From: Lachnospiraceae bacterium
Lineage (GTDB): Bacteria > Bacillota > Clostridia > Lachnospirales > Lachnospiraceae
Reading direction: 5' to 3'
Length of the DNA stretch: 64,000 nucleotides
NCBI GenBank assembly: GCA_024403235.1
Contig: JAKSSF010000008.1
Location: 200 to 64,199, forward strand
Shown here: positions 9,457-18,969 of the stretch, one piece after another
How the letters are laid out: the number at the start of each line of letters is the position of its first letter
Position numbering within the stretch: position 1 is the first letter of the stretch
The notes under the pieces: model-generated
Database searches by the model: none
What the model was told of the DNA's origin: nothing
What the model saw: the letters and a program-made list of their open reading frames with translations, nothing else
Translations under genes and position numbers: made by a program

Positions 9457-10362
9457 TTATTCTGCTATCTTTTTCTGGAAATGTTGATAATCCTTGGTGG
9501 AATTCCAATTTCCACCCCAGGTAAAGCCATGGGCTATAAAAAGTTTATAACAAATGTCATTTTCATCAATCTTATAAGGAAAACTTTTGCTTCTGTCCAC
9601 ATAAATTTCGCTGCCGGCAGGTGAGATATAATCTTCTCCGGACCCGTTTTTATTAAAAACGATATAAGGATTATAAAATGGATTGATATCAATTGCCAAA
9701 CCTAATGCGTGTTTAGAAAGTGTTGTGGTGCCTTCGACAACCCGGTAGTTAAAGCAGGAAGTATTGTTGGCTTCCATAGATTTCAAATCATCTCCATCAT
9801 ATTCATCGACTAGTTCCACTCGTTCCAGTTCGTATTCATTCAGATATAATTCATAAAAGATATCCAATAAATCAGAAGCGATGGCTTTATTACAAATGAT
9901 TTCTCCTAAAGCTTCCTGGTGTTCAAAATTAAAATAAAGGATTTGAAGATATCGTAAGTCCTCATAGGGAACCGTACAATCCTCTCCATAGGAAATGCCA
10001 TTGATTCGTTCTTTGATAGAATCTGATAAGCTGCTGCAAAGAAATCCTTTTTTATAGGTATAGACATCTTCTGCCAAATATATTTTATATTCTTCCATAG
10101 TTTGTTCTATGCCCTCCAGATTGAATTCTGGTACAGTTTCTGTAGTATATTCATCATTTGATTCCTCTGTGATAGTATTCTCTGATAAACTAGAATCTGC
10201 TGCATCAGAAGCAATTTCAGTCTCCCCATCTTTGGGAGTCGGTGGGTGCTTCTTTTCATAGTCAGAAAGTGTTTCTGAACCGGACAGCATTCTGGCAAAG
10301 ATAGAGAAGAATACCACAATGGCAACCAACAGTAAAAGTGGTTTTGTGAGATTTCTCATCAT
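9457..10362 (-). CDS. membrane-anchored M15-family (VanY/VanX-like) D-Ala-D-Ala peptidase
   Basis: 301 aa. N-terminal TM LLLLVAIVVFFSIFA; zinc-ligand motif HALGLAIDINP; C-terminal GGNW...DYQHFQ. Confidence 0.75.
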   Translation of the reverse strand: MMRNLTKPLLLLVAIVVFFSIFARMLSGSETLSDYEKKHPPTPKDGETEIASDAADSSLSENTITEESNDEYTTETVPEFNLEGIEQTMEEYKIYLAEDVYTYKKGFLCSSLSDSIKERINGISYGEDCTVPYEDLRYLQILYFNFEHQEALGEIICNKAIASDLLDIFYELYLNEYELERVELVDEYDGDDLKSMEANNTSCFNYRVVEGTTTLSKHALGLAIDINPFYNPYIVFNKNGSGEDYISPAGSEIYVDRSKSFPYKIDENDICYKLFIAHGFTWGGNWNSTKDYQHFQKKIAE

Positions 10363-10481
10363 ATTCCTTTCTCGTTATGATACTGTTTTTTTTGTTTGCC
10401 CAAATAAGCAACTACCCACAGTATACACTAACTGCTTGTATTTGTGAAAGATATTTAGTACAATAAGTAGAACTGTGATTG

Positions 10482-10493
10482 TCAACTAGTTGA
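10482..10493. promoter_or_regulatory. perfect 12-bp palindrome upstream of ecfA1 (possible operator)
   Basis: TCAACTAGTTGA lies 21 nt upstream of the ecfA1 ATG, just before the GAGG RBS. Confidence 0.2.
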
Positions 10494-10514
10494 ACAAATG
10501 AGGTAACAACTAAA

Positions 10515-11366
10515 ATGGATATTATTCGATCAGAACATGTATCTTTTGACTATATAAGGCGAGATGAAGAGGGAAATGTAGAAGGAATTACTCGAGCTGT
10601 AGATGATGTATCTCTTCGCGTGAAGCAAGGAGATTTTGTAGCAATTCTGGGACATAATGGCTCCGGAAAATCTACCTTTGCGAAACACTTGAATGCATTA
10701 CTGTATCCTACAGAAGGCACTTTGTTGGTAGACGGTAAAGACACAAAGGATGCAGAGGAAATCTGGAATATTCGTCAAAGTGCAGGTATGGTATTTCAGA
10801 ATCCGGATAATCAGATTATCGGTCAGGTTGTTGAAGAGGATGTTGGATTTGGGCCGGAAAATATGGGCATTCCTACGGAGCAGATTTGGGAGCGTGTAGA
10901 GGAAAGCTTAAAAGCCGTTGGTATGTATCAATACAGGAAGCATTCCCCTAATAAATTATCCGGTGGACAGAAGCAGCGCGTTTCGATAGCAGGTGTCCTT
11001 GCCATGCACCCCAAATGTATTGTATTGGACGAACCTACTGCCATGTTAGATCCCAATGGTCGTAAAGAAGTCATTCGAGCTATTCGTGGCTTAAATATGG
11101 TGGAAAATGTAACCATTATTTTAATTACCCATTATATGGAAGAAGTCATTGATGCAGATCGAATTTTCGTGATGGATGGTGGACGAGTTGCCTTAGAAGG
11201 AACACCGAAAGAGGTCTTTTCTCAGGTAGAAAAGCTTCGTTCTATGCGTTTAGATGTCCCTCAGGTAACGGAATTGGCTTTTGAATTAAAAAAAGGTGGG
11301 TTACCTCTGCCGGATGGCATTTTAAGAAAAGAAGAATTATTGGAAGAATTAAGAAAGCTTCGTTAA
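10515..11366 (+). CDS. ecfA1: ECF transporter ATPase component A1
   Basis: Walker A GHNGSGKST, signature LSGGQKQR, Walker B CIVLDEPT; conserved rplQ-ecfA-ecfA'-ecfT-truA neighbourhood. Confidence 0.93.
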   Translation: MDIIRSEHVSFDYIRRDEEGNVEGITRAVDDVSLRVKQGDFVAILGHNGSGKSTFAKHLNALLYPTEGTLLVDGKDTKDAEEIWNIRQSAGMVFQNPDNQIIGQVVEEDVGFGPENMGIPTEQIWERVEESLKAVGMYQYRKHSPNKLSGGQKQRVSIAGVLAMHPKCIVLDEPTAMLDPNGRKEVIRAIRGLNMVENVTIILITHYMEEVIDADRIFVMDGGRVALEGTPKEVFSQVEKLRSMRLDVPQVTELAFELKKGGLPLPDGILRKEELLEELRKLR

Positions 11367-11391
11367 AAAGAAGCAAAGAATAGGAAAAGAT

Positions 11392-12240
11392 ATGTCACTG
11401 ATTTTAGATCATGTAAATTATATATATGGTTCTGATACCAACTTAGCAGTGAAGGCTTTAGATGATATTTGTTTGCAGATACCGGATGGTCAATTTATTG
11501 GAATTATCGGCCATACCGGCTCCGGAAAGTCTACGTTGGTGCAGCATCTGAATGGATTGTTAAAGCCCAGTAGTGGTGCCATTTATTTTAATGGACAGGA
11601 CATTGGAGATGAGGATTTTAACAAGAAAGAACTTCGCAGTAAGGTAGGCTTGGTTTTCCAGTATCCGGAGCATCAATTGTTTGAAATCACTGTATTTCAG
11701 GATGTGTGCTTTGGTCCAAAGAATTTGGGACTTTCCCAGAAAGAGATAGAACTTCGAGCATACAGTGCATTAAAGCAAGTTGGTTTGGAAGATGAGTATT
11801 TTTATCAATCTCCCTTTGAACTATCCGGAGGTCAAAAAAGAAGAGTAGCCATTGCCGGTGTACTTGCTATGCAACCGGAAATTTTGATATTGGATGAGCC
11901 CACAGCAGGCTTGGATCCGAAAGGCAGAGATGAAATCTTGGGGCAGATTGCAAAACTGAAGGAAGAAACCGGCATGACCATCGTACTGGTTTCTCACAGC
12001 ATGGAAGATGTGGCAGAGTTTGTGGATCGTATCATTGTAATGAACAAGGGAAAAGTGATGTATGATGATGTCCCCAAAGCAGTGTTCTCTCACTATAAAG
12101 AATTGGAAGAAATCGGCTTGGCAGCGCCTCAGGTTACTTACATTGTGAAAGAGATGCAGCAGGCAGGCTTTCCTGTAGAAGGGAATGCCACTACCATAGC
12201 AGAAGCAAAAGCAGAGATACTAAAAGCCTTTGGAAAATAA
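11392..12240 (+). CDS. ecfA2: ECF transporter ATPase component A2
   Basis: Walker A GHTGSGKST, signature LSGGQKRR, Walker B ILILDEPT. Confidence 0.93.
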   Translation: MSLILDHVNYIYGSDTNLAVKALDDICLQIPDGQFIGIIGHTGSGKSTLVQHLNGLLKPSSGAIYFNGQDIGDEDFNKKELRSKVGLVFQYPEHQLFEITVFQDVCFGPKNLGLSQKEIELRAYSALKQVGLEDEYFYQSPFELSGGQKRRVAIAGVLAMQPEILILDEPTAGLDPKGRDEILGQIAKLKEETGMTIVLVSHSMEDVAEFVDRIIVMNKGKVMYDDVPKAVFSHYKELEEIGLAAPQVTYIVKEMQQAGFPVEGNATTIAEAKAEILKAFGK

Positions 12241-12293
12241 AGGACAGGTAGTCTCTTGGAAATAGAAATCGTATTAATAGAAAGAATAAAAAG

Positions 12294-13118
12294 ATGTTAC
12301 GTGAAATTACAATAGGACAATATTATCAAACGGATTCTGTCATACACAGACTGGATCCCAGAGTAAAATTGGTGGCAACCATTGCCTACATTGTGTCATT
12401 GTTTATCGTGAATCAGGTTTGGGGATATATTTTGGCAGCACTTTTTCTGGCTATGGTTATAAAACTGTCCAATGTGCCATTTTCCTATATGATTAAAGGC
12501 ATGCGTGCAGTCATTCTGCTATTGATGATTACGGTGATTTTTAATCTGTTTTTAACCCCTGGAGAAGTGTTGATTTCCCTATGGAAATTGCACATTACAA
12601 AAGAGGGATTGAAAATCGCCATTATGATGGCAGTGCGTCTTACATTTTTAATCATAGGCAGTAGTGTGATGACTTTAACCACCACTCCCAATAACTTAAC
12701 AGATGGTCTGGAAGCTTTAATGAAGCCGTTAAAGGTCTTTAAGGTGCCGGTACATGAGGTGGCCATGATGATGTCCATTGCCCTTCGTTTTATTCCCATC
12801 TTATTGGAAGAAACAGATAAGATTATGAAGGCGCAGATTGCCCGCGGTGCTGATTTTGAAAGTGGGAATTTAATGAAAAAAGCAAAGGCTATGGTACCCT
12901 TATTAGTACCCTTGTTTATTTCTGCTTTCCGTCGTGCCAATGATCTTGCGATGGCTATGGAAGCCAGATGCTATCGTGGTGGAGATGGCAGAACCAAAAT
13001 GAAACCGTTGATTTACCAAAAGAGAGATTATATAGGATATATTGTTTTATTGCTATACTTGGGTTTGTGTGTCTGTGTGGGAAGATTGTTGCCGGTTGTA
13101 TTGGCAGCGTTTATCTAG
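12294..13118 (+). CDS. ecfT: ECF transporter transmembrane component T
   Basis: 274 aa, polytopic, with the EcfT coupling-helix Ala-Arg-Gly motif (KAQIARGADFES ... AMEARCY). Confidence 0.9.
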   Translation: MLREITIGQYYQTDSVIHRLDPRVKLVATIAYIVSLFIVNQVWGYILAALFLAMVIKLSNVPFSYMIKGMRAVILLLMITVIFNLFLTPGEVLISLWKLHITKEGLKIAIMMAVRLTFLIIGSSVMTLTTTPNNLTDGLEALMKPLKVFKVPVHEVAMMMSIALRFIPILLEETDKIMKAQIARGADFESGNLMKKAKAMVPLLVPLFISAFRRANDLAMAMEARCYRGGDGRTKMKPLIYQKRDYIGYIVLLLYLGLCVCVGRLLPVVLAAFI

Positions 13119-13165
13119 AGGATTTGTGCAGATATGAATGGAAAACAATATAGAGATAGGAAGCC

Positions 13166-13915
13166 ATGAAAAGAAGAATTTTATTACAGGTTGCCTACGA
13201 TGGGACAGAGTATCATGGCTGGCAGTATCAGCCCGGTAGTAAGACCATTGAGGGGGAATTGAATATTGCCTTATCCGCGTTGTTTGGAGAGCCTATTCAG
13301 GTCATTGGAGCCAGCAGAACAGATGCAGGGGTTCACGGACTAATGAATATTGCTGTGTTTGATACAGATAGTACCATTCCACCAGATAAAGTAGCCTATG
13401 CTCTGAATCAAAAATTGCCGGAAGATATTCGAATCCAAGGGTCTAGAGAGGTAGCATCGGATTTTCACCCCAGAAAAACCAAAACCAGAAAAACCTATGG
13501 CTATCGCATTTATAATGCTACTTTTCCCAATCCTTTATGGAACAGATATGCCCATTACACCTATTTTCAGTTAGATTTGGAACGGATGCAGCAGGCAGCT
13601 GCCTATTTGGTAGGAGCGCATGACTTTCAAAGCTTTTGTGCTGCCGGTTCTACAGCAGAAACCACAGTCCGCACCATTTATGATATTTCTGTAGAAAAAG
13701 AAGCAGATTGCTTTGTAATTAAAGTAACGGGAAATGGATTTTTATACAACATGGTTCGCATTATTGCAGGCACTTTGCTTTATGTTGGAGCAGGAAAGAT
13801 AGATCCTGCAGATTTACCTGCTATTTTAGAGGCAAAGGATCGAACCAAGGCAGGCCCCACTGCTCCGGCAAAGGGATTGACCTTGCTACGATATGAGTTT
13901 GAAGAAAATCTGTAA
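13166..13915 (+). CDS. truA: tRNA pseudouridine(38-40) synthase
   Basis: 249 aa; YDGTEYHGWQYQ and catalytic-Asp block GASRTDAGVHG. Confidence 0.94.
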   Translation: MKRRILLQVAYDGTEYHGWQYQPGSKTIEGELNIALSALFGEPIQVIGASRTDAGVHGLMNIAVFDTDSTIPPDKVAYALNQKLPEDIRIQGSREVASDFHPRKTKTRKTYGYRIYNATFPNPLWNRYAHYTYFQLDLERMQQAAAYLVGAHDFQSFCAAGSTAETTVRTIYDISVEKEADCFVIKVTGNGFLYNMVRIIAGTLLYVGAGKIDPADLPAILEAKDRTKAGPTAPAKGLTLLRYEFEENL

Positions 13916-13928
13916 AAAATCAGATTTT
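13905..13928 (+). terminator. weak A/T-rich hairpin overlapping the truA stop
   Basis: AAAATCTG-8 nt-CAGATTTT; low predicted stability. Confidence 0.25.
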
Positions 13929-13954
13929 AAAAGCAAAATAAAGAAAAATATGTG

Positions 13955-13983
13955 TTGACACTTATTTGCACCTATATTATACT
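13955..13983 (+). promoter_or_regulatory. sigma-A-type promoter for rplM-rpsI
   Basis: TTGACA (13955-13960), 17-nt spacer, TATACT (13978-13983). Confidence 0.65.
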
Positions 13984-13989
13984 GTTTTA

Positions 13990-14110
13990 GTGTCGATTTG
14001 TATGAGAATAGGAATCACTAGCCCCGATTTCTATTTGAAATATAGAGAACTCCAGACCACTTAGCCCGGTCAGGAGACGCTATTTGAACAAGATTTTATT
14101 TCCAAAAATT
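13990..14110 (+). ncRNA. candidate L13 ribosomal-protein leader
   Basis: About 130-nt 5' UTR between the promoter and rplM. It has a hairpin CTCCAGACC...CCGGTCAGGAG at 14050-14076. L13 leaders are known upstream of rplM in Firmicutes, but I did not confirm a covariance-model match. Confidence 0.4.
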
Positions 14111-14124
14111 ACGGAGGGAAAAAC

Positions 14125-14553
14125 ATGAAAACATTTATGGCAAGTCCAGCTACTATTGATAAAAAATGGTATGTAGTAGACGCTACAAATATGACATTAG
14201 GTCGTTTAGCTTCAGAAGTAGCTAAAGTTTTAAGAGGAAAGAACAAACCTGAATTCACACCTTTCATTGATACAGGTGATTATGTAATCGTTGTAAACGC
14301 AGAAAAGATTAAAGTAACTGGTAAGAAATTAGACCAGAAGATTTATTACCATCATTCAGACTATGTAGGTGGTATGAAAGAAACCACATTAAGAGAAAAA
14401 TTAGCCAAGAAGCCTGAAGAAGTAATCGAACTTGCTGTAAAAGGCATGCTTCCAAAAGGACCTTTAGGAAGACAGATGTTTACAAAACTTCATGTATATG
14501 CAGGACCTGAACACAAACATGAAGCTCAGAAACCAGAAGTATTAACATTTTAG
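14125..14553 (+). CDS. rplM: 50S ribosomal protein L13
   Basis: 142 aa; [34 protein letters not shown]. Confidence 0.97.
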   Translation: MKTFMASPATIDKKWYVVDATNMTLGRLASEVAKVLRGKNKPEFTPFIDTGDYVIVVNAEKIKVTGKKLDQKIYYHHSDYVGGMKETTLREKLAKKPEEVIELAVKGMLPKGPLGRQMFTKLHVYAGPEHKHEAQKPEVLTF

Positions 14554-14580
14554 TGAAGGAAACGGAAGGGAGATATAAAA

Positions 14581-14973
14581 ATGGCTACAACATTGAACTA
14601 CGGAACAGGTAGAAGAAAAAAATCAGTTGCCAGAGTTTATTTAGTACCTGGTACAGGAAAGATTACTATTAATAAAAGAGATATTGATGATTATTTCGGA
14701 TTAGAAACCTTGAAGGTTATCGTTCGTCAGCCTTTGGTTGCTACTGAAAATGTTGAAAAATACGATGTTAAAGTAAACGTACACGGTGGTGGATACACAG
14801 GACAGGCTGGTGCTATCAGACACGGTATCGCAAGAGCATTACTTAAAGTAGATGCAGACTTCAGACCTACATTAAAGAAAGCTGGTTACTTAACACGTGA
14901 TCCTAGAATGAAAGAACGTAAGAAATACGGCTTGAAAGCAGCTCGTAGAGCACCTCAGTTCAGCAAGCGTTAA
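14581..14973 (+). CDS. rpsI: 30S ribosomal protein S9
   Basis: 130 aa; [14 protein letters not shown]...RAPQFSKR C-terminus. Confidence 0.97.
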   Translation: MATTLNYGTGRRKKSVARVYLVPGTGKITINKRDIDDYFGLETLKVIVRQPLVATENVEKYDVKVNVHGGGYTGQAGAIRHGIARALLKVDADFRPTLKKAGYLTRDPRMKERKKYGLKAARRAPQFSKR

Positions 14974-14993
14974 TCAAAGTTATGGATTTTTCA

Positions 14994-15024
14994 ACACCTC
15001 AGAACATTGTTCTGGGGTGTTTTA
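14994..15024 (+). terminator. intrinsic terminator after rpsI
   Basis: ACACCTCAGAAC-ATT-GTTCTGGGGTGT (12 bp, one G-U), followed by TTTATATTT. Confidence 0.75.
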
Positions 15025-15061
15025 TATTTCTCAAAAGATTTATAAAAGAGGTGAGAAAATA

Positions 15062-15925
15062 ATGGCAATGTATGTAGTTGGAGATATTCATGGATGCTAC
15101 AGTGAATTTATGCAATTAGTTCATAAAATTGAGAAACAGGATGATAATGCAAGATTTATTTTAATTGGGGATATCATTGACAGAGGACCGGAGCAGTTAG
15201 AAATGTTGGATTGGGCAATGCAAACGGTGAATAAACCTGATGGAAAATTTCAGATGATTCTGGGTAATCATGAATATGAGAAAATTGAGCTAATTAAAAG
15301 CTATCTTGAACAGTATGAAAATACCGGGAAAGCGATATGGGGACATGATCGTTATGGTTTTCATATCGTAATTCAGAAAGCCAAGCTGTCTGTGGAAAAA
15401 ATTCGGGATATCTATCAGTTTATAACCACATTACCTGTTTATATCCAGTATGAATGTAAACTGGGTAACCATAAGCAGAATTATATTATGGTACATGGGG
15501 ACATACCTCGATATTGTATAAAGAAAGATGAAACCATTCGGAAAAGCGCGTTCACGAAAAAAAGTCTTTTTTATTATGCATGGGGCGGTCGGTCATTAAT
15601 TTCGGATATTGTATGGGAACGAAATTTAGAGGGGCATCCTGAACTTTCTAAGACAATTGTTGTGCATGGCCATACACCAACCCTTGAAACCAGTATGTAT
15701 TCTTATCCGGGGCGGATAAATTATCGTCCTCATGATATTAATGTGGATTGTGGTATTACCTTTAGAAAGTTCTATCCAGAGGCGAATTTGGCGGCCATTC
15801 GATTAGAAGATTTACAGGAATTTTATCTATATGAACCGGCTGAAGAACCTTTGGTTTCAGAAGGAGAAAAGGATTACAAAACAGAAATGATTCTTCGCCC
15901 GAAAACAGAAAACTTCTTTTCATAA
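15062..15925 (+). CDS. PPP-family metallophosphoesterase (PrpE/ApaH-like Ser/Thr or diadenosine-tetraphosphate phosphatase)
   Basis: GDIHGCY, GDIIDRGP, GNHE and HGHT motifs. Start moved to MAMYVVGD because the ORF-track start at 15017 lies inside the rpsI terminator. Confidence 0.75.
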   Translation: MAMYVVGDIHGCYSEFMQLVHKIEKQDDNARFILIGDIIDRGPEQLEMLDWAMQTVNKPDGKFQMILGNHEYEKIELIKSYLEQYENTGKAIWGHDRYGFHIVIQKAKLSVEKIRDIYQFITTLPVYIQYECKLGNHKQNYIMVHGDIPRYCIKKDETIRKSAFTKKSLFYYAWGGRSLISDIVWERNLEGHPELSKTIVVHGHTPTLETSMYSYPGRINYRPHDINVDCGITFRKFYPEANLAAIRLEDLQEFYLYEPAEEPLVSEGEKDYKTEMILRPKTENFFS

Positions 15926-15976
15926 CCGTAGGAAAGAGATATACTGTTTTTTATAAGGTATTATGGAGGTGGCAAT

Positions 15977-16573
15977 ATGCAGAAAACGATTATTACAATT
16001 GGCCGTGAATATGGTAGTGGCGGTTACGAAATGGCCAAAAGACTTTCAGAAGCATTGGGCTGGAAATACTACGATAGAGAGTTAATCGCAGAGATTGCGG
16101 AAAAGTCCATGATTTCAGAAAGCTTTGTGGAATCCAAAGATGAAGTTGGGGGAAAGCGCAATATCTTCCAGGAAGTATTTCCTATTTTTGCAAACCATTC
16201 AGATGACCAGGAAAAATATATTTTCAATAGACAAGGGGAGTTTATTCGAGAATTAGCAGAAAAGCAAAACTGTATCATCATTGGTCGTAGAGCAGATTAT
16301 TATTTGAAAGACAATCCGGCAGCTTGTCATTTGTTCCTGTATGCAGATATGGATTTCCGTATCGAACGTATTTGCAAGAAATTAAACTGCGACGAGAAGA
16401 CTGCCAGAGAAAAAATCCAGGATATGGATAAGAAGAGAAAAACCAGTTATGAATATACTACAGGTAGAAGCTGGGGAGATATGCATAACTATGACCGACT
16501 AATCTGTACTTCCGCTTTTGGTTTGGATGCAGCGGTGGAAGAAGTGGTTACCTTGATTAAAAACCAAAAATAG
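15977..16573 (+). CDS. cytidylate kinase-like family protein
   Basis: 198 aa; N-terminal IITIGREYGSGG P-loop variant typical of that family. Confidence 0.6.
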   Translation: MQKTIITIGREYGSGGYEMAKRLSEALGWKYYDRELIAEIAEKSMISESFVESKDEVGGKRNIFQEVFPIFANHSDDQEKYIFNRQGEFIRELAEKQNCIIIGRRADYYLKDNPAACHLFLYADMDFRIERICKKLNCDEKTAREKIQDMDKKRKTSYEYTTGRSWGDMHNYDRLICTSAFGLDAAVEEVVTLIKNQK

Positions 16574-16581
16574 AGGACAGA

Positions 16582-18933
16582 ATGACATTACGAGATTTAG
16601 AAATAGGCCAGGGAGCCATTGTAGAAGAGGTTGGTGGAGAAGGTGCTCTGAGACAGCACTTTCTTGATATGGGTGTGATTCCGGGGGCCCAGGTGGTATT
16701 GGAAAAATATGCCCCTATGGGAGATCCTATGGAATTAAAGGTACAGGGATACCAGTTGACTTTGCGTCTTGCAGATGCGGAAAAAATCAAAGTGACACCT
16801 GCTAAAGCATCTTCAGTAAGTAGCTTTGCGAAAGAGAGTATCAATCGAAAGAAAAAAGAACATCCCGGTTTTGGGGAAGCAGGAAAGTATCATGTGAAGG
16901 CAGATGAAAATCCTTTGCCGGAAGGCACTGTTTTAAGCTTTGCCCTGGCAGGTAATCAGAATTGTGGAAAAACCACTTTGTTTAATGCATTAACCGGTGC
17001 CAATCAGCATGTAGGAAATTTTCCCGGAGTTACTGTGGATCGAAGAGATGGACAGATGAAAGGCTATCCGGATACCAATGTGACAGATTTGCCGGGGATT
17101 TATTCCTTATCTCCGTATACCAATGAGGAGATTGTCAGCAGGGAATTTATTTTACAAGAAAAGCCTACGGGAATTATCAATATTGTGGATGCTACCAATA
17201 TTGAGAGAAACCTTTATCTTACCATGCAGTTAATGGAATTAAATGTGCCTATGGTTTTGGCTTTGAATATGATGGATGAGGTAAAGGGAAATGGTGGCGC
17301 AATCTATATCAATGATATGGAAGAAATGCTGGGGATTCCGGTAGTGCCTATTTCGGCCATGAAAAATGAAGGAGTAAAAGAGTTGATTAACCATGCCCTT
17401 CATGTGGCAAAATATCAGGAACGTCCGGGACGCTTGGATTTTTGTGCAGAAGATCAAAATGGCGGGGCACTTCATCGATGTCTCCATGGTATTATGCACT
17501 TAATTGAAGATCATGCAAAATTGGCAGGATTGCCCATTCGATTTGCGGCCACAAAAATTGTGGAGGGAGATACCCAGGTAATAGACGCCCTGGCTCTTTC
17601 TCAAAATGAAAAAGAAATGATTGAGCATATTATCTGTCAGATGGAAGAAGAACGAGGCATGGATCGTCTGGCTGCCATTGCAGATATGCGTTTTATCTTT
17701 ATTCATAAACTGGTAGAACAGTGTGTAGTAAAACCAAAGGAAAGTAAGGAAAGAGAGCGCAGCCGTAAGTTGGATGCCATTCTCACAGGGAAATACACAG
17801 CCATTCCCGCTTTCATTGGTATTATGGCGTTGGTCTTTTTCTTAACCTTTAATGTAATAGGCGCTTTCTTGCAGGAGACCTTGGAGGCAGGGATTGATGG
17901 ATCTATTGGCATGATAGATAGGTTCTTAAGCGGAGCCAATGTGAATCCGGTAATTCACTCCCTTGTGATAGATGGTATTTTGACAGGAGTTGGCTCAGTG
18001 CTTAGTTTCTTGCCTATTATTGTAACCTTATTTTTCTTTCTGTCTTTGTTAGAAGATACTGGTTACATGGCCAGAGTGGCCTTTGTGATGGATAAACTTT
18101 TGCGAAAAATTGGTCTTAGCGGACGAAGTATCGTGCCTATGTTAATCGGCTTTGGCTGTACTGTTCCCGGCATTATGTCCAGTCGTACCTTACCTTCCGC
18201 AAGAGATAGAAAGATGACCATTCTTTTATTGCCTTTTATGAGTTGTACCGCCAAGTTACCTATTTATGGGTTCTTTTCTGCGGCATTTTTCCCAGGAAAA
18301 GGTGGATTGGTTATGACCCTTTTGTATTTTATAGGAATACTGGTAGGGATTATAACTGCATTAATCTCTAAAAATACGGTTTTCAAAGGAGAAGCGGTTC
18401 CTTTTGTGATGGAATTACCGAATTACCGTTTGCCAGGGGTAAAGAATGTAGCACAGCTTCTGTGGGAAAAGGCAAAAGACTTTTTGCAGAAAGCTTTTAC
18501 TGTAATTTTTCTTGCTACTATTGTAATCTGGTTTTTACAGAGCTTTGATACTACTTTAAATCTGGTGACTGAAGGAGAACATAGTATTTTGGCCCTGGTG
18601 GCAGGTTTTATCGCACCTATGTTTCAGCCACTTGGATTTGGAGACTGGCGTATTTCTACTGCCTTGATTACTGGGTTTATGGCAAAAGAAAGTGTGGTTT
18701 CTACGTTGATGATTCTATTTGGAACCACAGAACAGTTATTGACCCTTTTACAACCTTTGGCAGCAGCCAGTTTGTTGGTATTTTGTCTGCTTTATACCCC
18801 CTGTGTGGCAGCTATTGCAGCGGTGAAAAGAGAATTGGGGATGAAATGGGCATTGGGAATGGTATTGATGCAATGTGCCATAGCATGGATTGTATCCTTC
18901 CTGGTATATGCAGTTGGAAGTTTATTTTTGTAA
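16582..18933 (+). CDS. feoB: ferrous iron transporter, FeoA-FeoB fusion
   Basis: 783 aa. Residues about 1-75 form a FeoA-like SH3 domain (LEIGQGAIVEEVGGEGALRQHFLDMGVIPGA). A G-domain follows (GNQNCGKTTLFNALTG, DLPG), then a polytopic permease. Confidence 0.9.
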   Translation: MTLRDLEIGQGAIVEEVGGEGALRQHFLDMGVIPGAQVVLEKYAPMGDPMELKVQGYQLTLRLADAEKIKVTPAKASSVSSFAKESINRKKKEHPGFGEAGKYHVKADENPLPEGTVLSFALAGNQNCGKTTLFNALTGANQHVGNFPGVTVDRRDGQMKGYPDTNVTDLPGIYSLSPYTNEEIVSREFILQEKPTGIINIVDATNIERNLYLTMQLMELNVPMVLALNMMDEVKGNGGAIYINDMEEMLGIPVVPISAMKNEGVKELINHALHVAKYQERPGRLDFCAEDQNGGALHRCLHGIMHLIEDHAKLAGLPIRFAATKIVEGDTQVIDALALSQNEKEMIEHIICQMEEERGMDRLAAIADMRFIFIHKLVEQCVVKPKESKERERSRKLDAILTGKYTAIPAFIGIMALVFFLTFNVIGAFLQETLEAGIDGSIGMIDRFLSGANVNPVIHSLVIDGILTGVGSVLSFLPIIVTLFFFLSLLEDTGYMARVAFVMDKLLRKIGLSGRSIVPMLIGFGCTVPGIMSSRTLPSARDRKMTILLLPFMSCTAKLPIYGFFSAAFFPGKGGLVMTLLYFIGILVGIITALISKNTVFKGEAVPFVMELPNYRLPGVKNVAQLLWEKAKDFLQKAFTVIFLATIVIWFLQSFDTTLNLVTEGEHSILALVAGFIAPMFQPLGFGDWRISTALITGFMAKESVVSTLMILFGTTEQLLTLLQPLAAASLLVFCLLYTPCVAAIAAVKRELGMKWALGMVLMQCAIAWIVSFLVYAVGSLFL

Positions 18934-18969
18934 AGAGTAGCTTTGAGAAGTTGATAGAGGAAACAAAAA

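Noticed and set aside
15017-15061. N-terminal extension of the phosphoesterase ORF (MFYISQKIYKRGEKI).
   Set aside because: The extension starts inside the rpsI terminator stem. The internal ATG at 15062 has a GAGGTGA RBS and gives the canonical GDIHG N-terminus.
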